Shown one piece after another: positions 19,385 to 28,451 of a DNA stretch of 64,000 bases; within the stretch, counting starts at the first letter, position 1; each line of letters starts with the position of its first letter. The notes under the pieces were generated by a model. That model was not told the origin of the DNA, ran no database searches, and saw nothing but the letters and a program-made list of their open reading frames with translations. Source of the stretch: Pseudomonadota bacterium (GTDB lineage Archaea > Thermoplasmatota > SW-10-69-26 > JACQPN01 > JAJPHT01); assembly GCA_021325135.1 (NCBI GenBank), contig JAJPHT010000029.1:128001-192000 (forward strand). Direction: 5' to 3'. Made by a program: the position numbers and the translations under genes.

Positions 19385-20218
19385 ATGCCCCGCGTGGTGA
19401 ACCTCACCGTGACGGGCGCCGACCGGACCGGCGTCGTCGCGCGCTTCACGAGCTTCCTCTTCGAGCGGGGCGCCAACATCGAGGCCCTCGAGGAGCGCGT
19501 GCGCCGCGGCGAGTTCCACATGCTCGTCCAGGCCAGCTTCGCCAAGGTGGACGAGAAGGCGCTGCGCCGCGACCTCGCCGCCGTGGGCAAGGAGCTGGGC
19601 ATGGCGGTGCGCGTGCAGGTGCACGACCCCAAGGCGAAGCGCAAGGTCGCGCTCCTGGTCACCAAGGAGCCCCACGCCATGGAGGCCGTCATGGACGCGG
19701 TGGCCAAGGAGCGCCTCGCCATGGAGCCGGTGCTCGTCCTCTCCAACCGCAAGGACCTCGCCCCCCTCGCCGCGCGCCACGCCCTCCCCTTCCACCACGT
19801 CCCGTGGACGAAGCCCGACGTGGGCGAGGCGCGCGCGCTCAAGGTGCTGGAGAAGGCCGAGGTCGACCTCCTGGCGCTGGCGCGCTTCATGCGCATCCTC
19901 AGCCCCGCCTTCGTCTGGCGCTACCCCAACCAGATCGTGAACGTCCACCCCAGCCTGCTTCCGGCCTTCCCCGGCGCGTCGGCCTACCGCCAGGCGTGGG
20001 AGCACGGCGTCCGCGTCGCAGGCGCCACCGCGCACTTCGTCACGCCCGACCTCGACCAAGGCCCCATCCTCGCCCAGCGCGCCTTCCCGGTGCTCCGCGG
20101 CGAGAGCGTGGACGAGATCAAGCGCAAGGGGCAGCAGGCCGAGTCCGAGGCGCTCGTGGAAGCCCTCGCGATGGTGCTCAAGGAGGACCTGGACGTGCAC
20201 TGGGGCCGCGTCTGGTGA
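19385..20218 (+). CDS. purU: Formyltetrahydrofolate deformylase
   Basis: N-terminal ACT domain (GADRTGVVA) plus formyltransferase domain (LARFMRIL, NVHPSLLPAFPG, GATAHFVT.DLDQGPI). Confidence 0.88.
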   Translation: MPRVVNLTVTGADRTGVVARFTSFLFERGANIEALEERVRRGEFHMLVQASFAKVDEKALRRDLAAVGKELGMAVRVQVHDPKAKRKVALLVTKEPHAMEAVMDAVAKERLAMEPVLVLSNRKDLAPLAARHALPFHHVPWTKPDVGEARALKVLEKAEVDLLALARFMRILSPAFVWRYPNQIVNVHPSLLPAFPGASAYRQAWEHGVRVAGATAHFVTPDLDQGPILAQRAFPVLRGESVDEIKRKGQQAESEALVEALAMVLKEDLDVHWGRVW

Positions 20219-20233
20219 GAGGCCCTCTGGTCA

Positions 20234-20338
20234 GGGGTCCAAAGAACGCGATGAGCGCGAAGAGCGCAAAGGACGCGACGACAAAAGGAACCTTTGCGAC
20301 CTTGGCGCTCTTCGCGCTCATCGCGTTCTTTGGACCCC
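20234..20338. repeat. 34-bp perfect inverted repeat built of 9-mer-like units
   Basis: GGGGTCCAAAGAACGCGATGAGCGCGAAGAGCGC (20234-20267) and its exact reverse complement (20305-20338). Confidence 0.9.
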
Positions 20339-20413
20339 CAAGACCAGGGAGGCATCCATCGGGCGCAGGAAACCCCGCAATGCTCATCCACGGTCGGCGC
20401 CCATGAGCCGGTC

Positions 20414-20659
20414 ATGAGCCTCTTCGGCAAGAAGGAGAGCGTCACCCTGCGCATCCAGGGGATGACGTGCGCCAACTGCCAGAAGCACGTGGGCGACGCG
20501 CTGCGCAGCGTACCCGGAGTGGCCAGCGCGACGGTGGACCTCGTCTTCCACCGCGCCAACGTCACCTACGACCCGGAGAAGGCGACCCTCGAGGATATGG
20601 AAGCTGCGGTGGAGCGAGCCGGCTACCGCGCCGAGCCCTCGGGGGCGCCGCGCGCGTGA
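20414..20659 (+). CDS. Heavy-metal-associated domain metallochaperone (CopZ-like)
   Basis: IQGMTCANC motif. Confidence 0.9.
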   Translation: MSLFGKKESVTLRIQGMTCANCQKHVGDALRSVPGVASATVDLVFHRANVTYDPEKATLEDMEAAVERAGYRAEPSGAPRA

Positions 20660-21717
20660 ACGTGCAGCCCTTCGAGCTGGCGCGCTTCCAGCACGAGAAC
20701 CGCCACCGCGCCCGCGTCGTCCTTGGGGGCAGCGGCATCGCGCCCGCGCCCGCCGCCGAGCTTCCGCGCGCGGAGCCCACGTTCTCGGACGCCGACGAGC
20801 CCGCCTTCGCCCGCGCCGTCGCGCGCGCCCGCGGCGTGCCCGTGGAGAGCGTGCTGCCCACCGTGGGCGGGACCGAGGCGCTCTTCGTCGCGCTCTTCGG
20901 CCTCGTCTCGCCGGGCGACCGCGTCCTCGTGGAGACGCCGACGTACTTCCCCCTCCACGAGATCCCCCGCGCGCTGGGCGCCCGCGTGCAGGCGCTTCCG
21001 CGCGCGCTGGAGGAGGGGTGGCGCCTCGATGTGGACGAGGCCATCCGCCTGCTGGACGACGACGTCAGCGTCGTCGCGCTGGCGAGCCCCAACAACCCCA
21101 CCGGGCGCCTCACGCCCGCGCGCGACCTCGCGCGCCTCGCGGCGGCCTGCGAGGAGGTGGGCGCGTGGGTCGTCGTGGACGAGGTGTTCGCGCCGCTGGT
21201 CCAGCCGCGCCCCCGCGCCGCGCACTCGCTTCATCCGCGCATCGTCAGCACGGGGAGCCTCACCAAGTGCCAGGGGCTCCCGGGCCTGCGCGCCGGATGG
21301 GCCCTCGCCGCGCCCGAGGCGATGCAGTCGATGAAGCGCGCCAAGGGGCTCTCCAGCATCATCGGCCCCTCGCTCTCTGTGCCCTACGCCATCGAGGCGT
21401 TGCAGCGAGAGGACGCGCTCCTCGCCCGCGCGCTGCGCATCACCCACGCCAACCACGCGCGCTGGCGCGGCTTCGCGCAGGCGCGCCACGCGCTCCAGTG
21501 GCGCGAGCCGGACTGCCCGCTCATCGCGGCGGTCAAGCTCCCGGAGGGCGTCGACGACGTGAAGCACTGCGAGGCGCTGCTGGAGGAGGAGGGCGTCCTC
21601 CTGGTGCCGGGCTCCTTCGTGGGCCTCCCGGGCTTCGTGCGCGTGGGCTTCGGCGCCGAGCCGGAGGCGTTCGCCCAAGGCCTCGAAGGCTGGGGCCGCC
21701 TGCTGGACACCGTATGA
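20656..21717 (+). CDS. PLP-dependent aminotransferase class I/II
   Basis: SPNNPTG, VVDEVF, SLTKCQGLPGLRAGW. Confidence 0.88.
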   Translation: MNVQPFELARFQHENRHRARVVLGGSGIAPAPAAELPRAEPTFSDADEPAFARAVARARGVPVESVLPTVGGTEALFVALFGLVSPGDRVLVETPTYFPLHEIPRALGARVQALPRALEEGWRLDVDEAIRLLDDDVSVVALASPNNPTGRLTPARDLARLAAACEEVGAWVVVDEVFAPLVQPRPRAAHSLHPRIVSTGSLTKCQGLPGLRAGWALAAPEAMQSMKRAKGLSSIIGPSLSVPYAIEALQREDALLARALRITHANHARWRGFAQARHALQWREPDCPLIAAVKLPEGVDDVKHCEALLEEEGVLLVPGSFVGLPGFVRVGFGAEPEAFAQGLEGWGRLLDTV

Positions 21718-21780
21718 GTGTCACCCCGCGGGGCCGCGGAACCGTTTATCCCGCGCCGCGCGCTGCATGGCCGATCCCCC

Positions 21781-23121
21781 ATGGGCCCCGCGCGCCTCGC
21801 CCCGCTCCTCGTCCTGCTTCTCCTCGCGGCCGGCGCTGGCGCGGGCCCCCTCCGCGGCGCCGCCGGCACGGCCAGCGTGCCCGTCTTCGCCGCGCCAGTC
21901 GTCATCGCGGCGGACGTCGCCACCGGAGAGCCCAGCCTCGTCGTCGACCCCAACGACGCCTCTCGCCTCTACGTCGCGGCGCCCGACTCGCCCGCCACCG
22001 ACGTGTGGACCTCCGCCGACGGGGGCGCCTCGTGGCTGCGCGCGCCCGACACGCTGGGCGCCAGCGGCGACTCCAGCCTCGCCGTGGACGCGGCGGGCGC
22101 GCTCTACGCGGCGGACCTCTGCTCGGTGTCGGGCCACGGCGACGTGCCCGTCTCCGTGAGCGAGGACCACGCCGCGACGTGGGCGCGCGTCGTCAACGTC
22201 GCCACCGAGTCGAGCGGCTGCGGCAGCGCGGACCGCCAGTGGGTCCTCGCCGCGGGCGCGGGCCACGCCTACGCCATCTGGAACGACGGCGACACGTACT
22301 TCAGCAAGACCACCGACGGCGGCCGCACCTGGCTGCCGCCCCTCTCCATCTCCTCCAACGTCATCCTGGGCGGGCCCCTCGCGCGCGACGGCGCGGGCAC
22401 GCTCTACACCGCCTACGACGACGGGCTGGAGATCCACCTCCTGCGCAGCTTCGACGACGGCCTCACCTGGGTGGACACCAAGGCGGCGGACGAGAACGGC
22501 GCGCTGCGCGACTTCGCCACGCACCCCCTGGGCACCGTCAACTCCTTCGTCGTGGCGGCCGCCGACGAGCACGGCAACGTCTACGTCGTCTGGTCCGAGG
22601 AGAAGGACGTCGTCCTCGTGGCGAGCCGCGACGGCGGCGCGACCTTCGGGCCGCGCGTGACCGTGACGCAGGGCAAGACCGGCGTCTTCCCGTGGGTCGT
22701 CGCGGGGCCCAGCTCGGGCGTCGACGTGGCGTTCTACGAGTCGAACCAGAACCTGGAGCCCGACCAGGGGCAGGCGATCACCACCTGGCACGTGACGCTC
22801 GCGCAGAGCTTCGACGCCGCCAGCGCCGCGCCCACCTTCACGCTGACGCCCGTCTCCGGCGTCGTCCACCGCGGAAGCATCTGCACGACCGGCATCGCCT
22901 GCGCGGGCCCGCAGAACTTCCTCGGGGTGGGCGGCGTGCCCACACCGGGCGACCGCAGGCTCTACGACTTCTTCGAGATGCGCGTCGACCCCGCGGGCAA
23001 CGCCCTGGTGGCCTACCCCGTGGACCGCTGGATCGTGGACACCAAGGACCCCTTCGACGCGGTGTTCTCTGACGAGTCGTTCACCTTCTCGCGCCAGGTG
23101 GACGGCCCCACGCTGGGCTGA
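21781..23121 (+). CDS. Secreted BNR/Asp-box (sialidase-like) beta-propeller protein
   Basis: Signal peptide; Asp-boxes SADGGASW, TTDGGRTW, SFDDGLTW, SRDGGATF. Confidence 0.82.
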   Translation: MGPARLAPLLVLLLLAAGAGAGPLRGAAGTASVPVFAAPVVIAADVATGEPSLVVDPNDASRLYVAAPDSPATDVWTSADGGASWLRAPDTLGASGDSSLAVDAAGALYAADLCSVSGHGDVPVSVSEDHAATWARVVNVATESSGCGSADRQWVLAAGAGHAYAIWNDGDTYFSKTTDGGRTWLPPLSISSNVILGGPLARDGAGTLYTAYDDGLEIHLLRSFDDGLTWVDTKAADENGALRDFATHPLGTVNSFVVAAADEHGNVYVVWSEEKDVVLVASRDGGATFGPRVTVTQGKTGVFPWVVAGPSSGVDVAFYESNQNLEPDQGQAITTWHVTLAQSFDAASAAPTFTLTPVSGVVHRGSICTTGIACAGPQNFLGVGGVPTPGDRRLYDFFEMRVDPAGNALVAYPVDRWIVDTKDPFDAVFSDESFTFSRQVDGPTLG

Positions 23122-23291
23122 GCGGACGCGTTCTGCCCTGCAAAACGTCGACGCCGTGATGCCCGGGAGGCGCATCCCGGACTGCTCCACGCCGGCCGCC
23201 CGCCCTCCTTCTGCCCCCAAACCGACTCCCACGGGGGGCCCGCGGCCGGCGCGGAGACAAACCTTTTTCCGCCTCCTGGCATCGCGGGGCG

Positions 23292-24455
23292 ATGATCCCG
23301 CGAGCGTCCGTCCAGGAGGCCATCGCCCGCTACGACCCGCGCCGCCTGACCGTGGGCGCCATCGGCAGCCACTCCGCGCTGGACGTGGCCGACGGCGCCG
23401 CGGACGAAGGGCTCCGCACGCTGGTGGTCGCGCAGCAGGGGCGCGAGCGGACCTACGCGCGCTACTTCAAGGCGCACCGCGCCGCCGACGGGCGGCTCCT
23501 GCGCGGCGCGGTGGACGAGTGCCTCGTGCTCCCGAAGTTCGGCGACGTCGTGCAGGACGCGCACCAGCAGCACCTCCTCTCGCGCAGCACCGTGTGGGTG
23601 CCCAACCGCAGCTTCACCGTCTACTGCGGCATCGACAACGTGGAGGACAAGTGGCGCGTGCCCATCTTCGGCAACCGCGCGATGCTGCGCACCGAGGAGC
23701 GCACCGAGAGCCGCGACTACTACTGGCTCCTGGAGCGGGCGGGCCTCCCCTTCCCCGAGAAGATCAAGGACCCGCGCGACATCACCGAGCTTGCCATCGT
23801 GAAGCTCCACCACGCCAAGAAGAAGCTGGAGCGCGGCTTCTTCACCGCGGCCTCGTACAAGGAGTACCAGGAGAAGAGCGGCGAGCTGCTCTCGCAGGGC
23901 GTGATCGACGAGGAGAGCCTGGAGAAGGCGCGCATCGAGCGCTACGTCATCGGCCCCGTGTTCAACTTCAACTTCTTCTACAGCCCCCTCGCGGCGCGCC
24001 ACGGCGAGGAGCCCTTGGAATTGCTGGGTGTCGACTGGCGCTTCGAGTCGAGCCTGGACGGCCACGTGCGCCTCCCCGCGGCGCAGCAGCTCACGCTCCA
24101 GGGCAAGCAGAGGATCCCCGAGATGACCGTCGTGGGCCACAACACGGCCACCGTGCGCGAGAGCCTCCTGGAGGACGCCTTCGCGCTGGGCGAGAAGTTC
24201 GTGAAGGCGGCGCAGGAGCACTACGCGCCCGGCATCATCGGCCCCTTCTGCCTCCAGACGTGCGTGGACAAGGACATGCGGTTCTACATCTACGACGTGG
24301 CGCCCCGCATCGGCGGCGGCACCAACGTCCACGTCGGCGTCGGCCACCCCTACGGCAACGCCCTCTGGCGCCAGCCCACCAGCACGGGGCGCCGCGTCGC
24401 CATGGAGATCAAGCGGGCGGCCGAGGAAGGGCGCCTCGCCGACGTGGTGACCTAG
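23292..24455 (+). CDS. purP: Formate-dependent FAICAR synthetase (PurP family, ATP-grasp)
   Basis: GSHSALDVADGA.DEG, VPNRSF, ERGFF, IIGPFCLQ, APRIGGGTN. Confidence 0.9.
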   Translation: MIPRASVQEAIARYDPRRLTVGAIGSHSALDVADGAADEGLRTLVVAQQGRERTYARYFKAHRAADGRLLRGAVDECLVLPKFGDVVQDAHQQHLLSRSTVWVPNRSFTVYCGIDNVEDKWRVPIFGNRAMLRTEERTESRDYYWLLERAGLPFPEKIKDPRDITELAIVKLHHAKKKLERGFFTAASYKEYQEKSGELLSQGVIDEESLEKARIERYVIGPVFNFNFFYSPLAARHGEEPLELLGVDWRFESSLDGHVRLPAAQQLTLQGKQRIPEMTVVGHNTATVRESLLEDAFALGEKFVKAAQEHYAPGIIGPFCLQTCVDKDMRFYIYDVAPRIGGGTNVHVGVGHPYGNALWRQPTSTGRRVAMEIKRAAEEGRLADVVT

Positions 24456-25000
24456 AGCTTCCCGCCCATCTCCAGCTGGACGCGCTTGGCCTCCAGCGCG
24501 CCGCGCTGCTGCTTCAGCTCGTCCACGAAGGAGGCGTACCCCTGCTTGCTGATCTGGCCGGTGGCCAGCATGACGCCGGCCTTGTTGATGCGGCGCGTCA
24601 GCTCGCGGATCTCCTCGTCGATGCCCGAGATGCGGCTGTCGCGGGGCGCGGCGGGCGGGGCGGCGCGGACCTCGACGGGCGAGGGGCGCAGGCGCGGCGC
24701 GGCGGGGATGGGGGCCGGGGAGTGGAGCGCGCTGGGGGTGGGCGTCGTCATGCGCGTGGCGAAGGCGATCTCCGCCGGCACGACCTGGATGGTCTCCTCG
24801 GGCGTCTGGAAGTGGAAGAGCGCCATGAGCAGGCCGCCCAGGAGGAGCACGAAGCCCACGATGGACGCCAGCGAGGCGCCGGTGAGGGTGAGGAAGGACG
24901 AGGGGAGCCACGGCGCGTGCAGCAGGCCGGCGCACAGGCTGGCCGTGCCAGCGAGGGCGAAGGCGGCGCCGACGACGAGGTGGCTCGACCCGCGTGCCAT
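24452..25000 (-). CDS. Membrane protein with C-terminal coiled coil
   Basis: Two TM helices, Pro-rich linker, helical C-terminus. Confidence 0.65.
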   Translation of the reverse strand: MARGSSHLVVGAAFALAGTASLCAGLLHAPWLPSSFLTLTGASLASIVGFVLLLGGLLMALFHFQTPEETIQVVPAEIAFATRMTTPTPSALHSPAPIPAAPRLRPSPVEVRAAPPAAPRDSRISGIDEEIRELTRRINKAGVMLATGQISKQGYASFVDELKQQRGALEAKRVQLEMGGKL

Positions 25001-25124
25001 GGTCGATCCCTCTCCTTCGGCCGCTGGATAAGAAGGCATCGGGATCGGACCCGGGCCGGATGGCGCATCCGCCGAGGACAAACCGCCGGGGGTTGTCCCC
25101 AGGGGCCCTGGGGACCCGGGGCCT

Positions 25125-25778
25125 TCACGGCAGCGAGCTGAAGGGGACCTCGTCGTAGAGGAACGGAAGCTCCGCGGTGCAGGGCTGGGGGCCGCTGCCC
25201 ACGGGGACGAAGACGACGGCCGCGTCCACGTCCACCTCGCGCGTCTCCTGGCAGCCGCTCCCGGTGCCGGTCTGCGTGTCGTAGGCGCCCACGCCCACGC
25301 TGGCGACGTCCTGCACGGTGAACCAGCTGCTGGCGCCGATGCAGGTGCTCCGGCCCACGACGCTGGAGCACGCGCTCCCCTCGTCCTCGGGGGTGGTCTG
25401 GTCGCGCTGGTTGGCGTCGGCCTGCACGCCGGTGCCCGCGACGCCGCGCACGCCCTCGAAGGCGCCCGCGCCCGCGTCGGTCCACTGGCGGCTCTGCTGC
25501 GTGGTGCCGTCGTCGTAGGTCCACGAGCCCTGCTCCAGGTCGGCGTGCGCGTAGTCGAACGCAGGGTCGGCCTCCACGGCGTGGCTGACGTGCAGGACGT
25601 AGTCGTGGGTGAACGTCTGGCTCGGGTCGCCGAAGCTCCCGTGGTCCAGCGCGCACGCGGTGGTGTAGTTGGTGTCGGGGTACTGCTCCACGGTCACCAC
25701 GTCGCACTCGGCGTGGGCTGGGAGCGCGGCGAAGGGGAGCGCCAGAAGGACCAGGGCCAGCAGGGAACGGACTCGCAT
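25125..25778 (-). CDS. Secreted hypothetical protein
   Basis: Signal peptide ending AHA; 6 Cys. Confidence 0.7.
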   Translation of the reverse strand: MRVRSLLALVLLALPFAALPAHAECDVVTVEQYPDTNYTTACALDHGSFGDPSQTFTHDYVLHVSHAVEADPAFDYAHADLEQGSWTYDDGTTQQSRQWTDAGAGAFEGVRGVAGTGVQADANQRDQTTPEDEGSACSSVVGRSTCIGASSWFTVQDVASVGVGAYDTQTGTGSGCQETREVDVDAAVVFVPVGSGPQPCTAELPFLYDEVPFSSLP

Positions 25779-26049
25779 GTCGATGCCTCTCCGCGGGCCG
25801 CAGGGCGCGCGGCGTCGATAAGCGCTTGCGTCCAAGGCCTGGGGCGAAGCCGCGAGGGCATCACCCTTCAACGCGGCGCACGACCCGCGGGAGGGCGTCC
25901 CCCGGCGGCGTGTGATAGCAAAGGACTGCCCGGGGCCCGTCCAGCCGCCATCGGCCGGCCGGCGCAGGCGCGAAGCGGCGCCTCAACCGCTTGCGCGGAA
26001 CGGCCGCCGCGGGCACGCTTTTGGTCCCGCCGCGCGCTTGCGGCTCCGC

Positions 26050-26859
26050 TTGACGACCCTCGCCCGCGAGACGCTGGAGCAGCGGCCGCGACGCAGCCCG
26101 CTCCTCCACGCCGCCGCCCTCCTGCTGGCCTTCGCCTCCTTCGCGCTGCTGGCCGCCTGGATGGCCGGCGCCCGCCAGGGGCCCCCTTCGAGGGCGTGGC
26201 TCGTCGCGGAGTGGGCGACGTGCGTCCTCTTCGCGCTGGAGTTCCTCACGCGCAGCGGCTTCCGCTGGCGGCCCGGCCGCTACGCGCTGGGGCACCTCTT
26301 CGACTTCGTCGCCGTGGTGCCCGTCCTGGCCCTGGCCAGCGCGGCAGCGCCCCTCCTCTGGATCGTCCTCGTCGCGCGCGGCGTCCGCTGCATCGACCGC
26401 GTGCTGGGCGACGGCTTCGTGCAGCGCCTGGTCCTCATCCTGGCCGAGGGGTTCGAGGAGGAGGTCGCCGACCGCGTGACGCTGCGCCTCCTGGCCCGCG
26501 CGGAGCAGAACCTCGCGGAGAGCCGCTTCGGGACCGCGGTGGGCGACGCGCTCGCGCAGAACCGCGACGCGGTCCTCGCCCGCATGCGCGCCGCCACGCC
26601 CGACGAAGGCGCGGGCCCGGCCCTGGCGCGCCTCGTGGGGCTCGACAAGGCCGTCGCGACCGCCGAGGCGCGCGCCTACGACGCCGTGGTGGAGGTGCTG
26701 CGCAGCCGCGAGGTGGACGACGCCCTGCGCGCGGCGATCGTGGGCTCCTTCGCCAACCTGCGCCAGGAGGTCGGACGCCGCGAGTGGCGGGCGCGCCTGA
26801 AGGACGTCTGGCGCCGCGGGCGCGGCCGGGCGAACGATCATACCGGACCCCGTCCGTGA
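26050..26859 (+). CDS. Ion-transport-like membrane protein (voltage-sensor-like helices, no evident pore)
   Basis: EWATCVLFALEFLTR...HLFDFVAVVP...ARGVRCIDR; start approximate. Confidence 0.65.
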   Translation: MTTLARETLEQRPRRSPLLHAAALLLAFASFALLAAWMAGARQGPPSRAWLVAEWATCVLFALEFLTRSGFRWRPGRYALGHLFDFVAVVPVLALASAAAPLLWIVLVARGVRCIDRVLGDGFVQRLVLILAEGFEEEVADRVTLRLLARAEQNLAESRFGTAVGDALAQNRDAVLARMRAATPDEGAGPALARLVGLDKAVATAEARAYDAVVEVLRSREVDDALRAAIVGSFANLRQEVGRREWRARLKDVWRRGRGRANDHTGPRP

Positions 26860-26880
26860 CCCTCCCGGGTTGACCTCACC

Positions 26881-27390
26881 ATGGCAAAGGGTCTCTGGCC
26901 TGTCATCAACGTCTCCGACGTCGCCAAGTCCGTGGAGTTCTACAAGGGGCTGGGCCTCAAGGCGCGCCTCGACAAGACGAGCATGGGCCCCGAGATGGCC
27001 TTCGGCACCCTCGACCTGGGCGACGCGGGCATCATCATCTGGGACAAGCACGCCGTGCCCCCCGACCAGGCCGAGGACACCAAGGCGTGGGTCACCGGCG
27101 AGCTTGGCAAGGGCGTCCTCTTCACCATCGGCGTCCCCAACGCGCAGAAGGCGTGGGCCAACGCCCAGAAGATCCGCGCCGAGGTCGACGTCCCCCTGGA
27201 GGCCCAGCCCTGGGGCGGCCACGCCTTCAACGTCGTCGACCCCGACGGCTACGTCCTGAGCATCACCGACAAGTTCCCCGACATGGAGCCCCCGAAGAAG
27301 CGCAGCGCCAAGAAGCGCGCCGCGAAAAAGGGCGCGGCCAAGAAGGGCGCGAAGACGAGCGCCAAGAAGGCGAAGGGGAAGCGGAGGTAA
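26881..27390 (+). CDS. VOC/glyoxalase family protein with Lys/Ala-rich tail
   Basis: VSDVAKSVEFY, QPWGGHAFNVVDPDGY; C-terminal AKK repeats. Confidence 0.88.
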   Translation: MAKGLWPVINVSDVAKSVEFYKGLGLKARLDKTSMGPEMAFGTLDLGDAGIIIWDKHAVPPDQAEDTKAWVTGELGKGVLFTIGVPNAQKAWANAQKIRAEVDVPLEAQPWGGHAFNVVDPDGYVLSITDKFPDMEPPKKRSAKKRAAKKGAAKKGAKTSAKKAKGKRR

Positions 27391-27396
27391 CGCCCC

Positions 27397-27834
27397 TCAA
27401 CGGCCGGACGCGTTCAGCTCCGCCGCCGCGCGCACGAGGGCCTTGAAGGCCGTCTCGTCGATCTCGTCCCCCTCGCGCAGGTCGATGGCGCGCCTCAGGC
27501 CCCCTTCGAGGCCCGAGTTGAAGAGGCGCGCCGGATCGGGGACGAAGGCGCCCTTGGCGAAGGTGAGCTTGACGTGGTCCTTGTAGACCTCGCCGGTGCA
27601 GAGGATCCCGTCGTGCGACCACACCGGGACCCCATCGGGGTTGGAGGGCTTCCTCCACTTCACCTCCTCCACGGCGCTGGGATCGGCCTCGCGGATGAGG
27701 CGGCGCAAGCGGTCGAGCCGCTGGGCGCGCCAATCGCCACCGGCGCCGCGGGCGGCCTTGGCGGCCTTCTTCGCGGGCGCCTTCTTCGCCGGGGCCTTCT
27801 TCACGGCTTTCTTCGCGCTCTTCTTGGCGGCCAT
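27397..27834 (-). CDS. DUF1801 (YdhG-like) protein with N-terminal AKK repeats
   Basis: EEVKWRKP..GVPVWSHDGILCTGEVYKDHVKLTFAKGA...DPARLFNSGLEG. Confidence 0.85.
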   Translation of the reverse strand: MAAKKSAKKAVKKAPAKKAPAKKAAKAARGAGGDWRAQRLDRLRRLIREADPSAVEEVKWRKPSNPDGVPVWSHDGILCTGEVYKDHVKLTFAKGAFVPDPARLFNSGLEGGLRRAIDLREGDEIDETAFKALVRAAAELNASGR

Positions 27835-27977
27835 CGCGCGCGCAACGCCGGGGCGGCGCTTGAATCGAACGCTCCAGCAGAGGACCATGCGCGGTAGCGG
27901 GGGACGAGACGGGGGTTGGCTTGAACGGAGCGAAAAAAAATCGATTCCGTTCGCGAATTCAGGCCGGAGCAGGAGAG

Positions 27978-28189
27978 TGCGCCCGCCGGGATTCGAACCC
28001 GAGTCCCGAGGAGAATCGCAGAGAGTGAGGCCCGAAACCGGCGTCACTCTCCAATCGCTCGATGCTCCGGGCCACCGCGTGACTGCGTGCGGTCCGGACC
28101 CTCCCGTTTCGTCTCCGTGTCCTTTCGGGGCGCCTGGGTCGAGCCTCAAGCGACGAGACGATTCTCCTCAGTCGTGTACCGCTCGACGC
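27978..28189 (-). ncRNA. Candidate structured tRNA-mimic (tmRNA-like) RNA
   Basis: 5' GCGTCG-AGCGGTACACGAC, then a 12-bp helix enclosing nested stems, then GGAC, T-arm (TCGGG TTCGAAT CCCGG) and CGGGCGC-A 3'. Confidence 0.4.
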
Positions 28190-28310
28190 CCCTTGCCGAG
28201 ATTTCCGTCGACCTTCGGTTCCCGCTGAGAGGCCGTCCGATCGTTGGTCCTGTGAAAACACGGATCGTTGACCACGTCGGGTGGGACATTGGACCGTGAA
28301 GCGGCCTCGA

Positions 28311-28451
28311 CTACTTCGAGAGCCAGCCCGTGAAGAAGTCCCAAATCGACTTCGCGGTCTGCAAATCGCCGACGACGCCGAGGGCGAATACGATGACGCC
28401 CCCCGCGGTCACGAGAACGACCAGGGGCCAGAAGAGACCGTACTTGAACAT
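28311..28451 (-). CDS. Small single-TM protein (46 aa), island cargo
   Basis: MFKYGLFWPLVVLVTAGGVIVFALGVVGDLQTAKSIWDFFTGWLSK. Confidence 0.55.
   Translation of the reverse strand: MFKYGLFWPLVVLVTAGGVIVFALGVVGDLQTAKSIWDFFTGWLSK

Noticed and set aside
28100-28172. Hammerhead-like words on the minus strand (CUGAGGA ... GAAAC)
   Set aside because: Five extra nucleotides separate the core from the possible stem II, and stems I/III could not be formed convincingly
27978-28189. Intron-containing or split tRNA gene
   Set aside because: No bulge-helix-bulge motif or anticodon loop can be reconstructed and the acceptor is imperfect; kept only as a tRNA-mimic candidate
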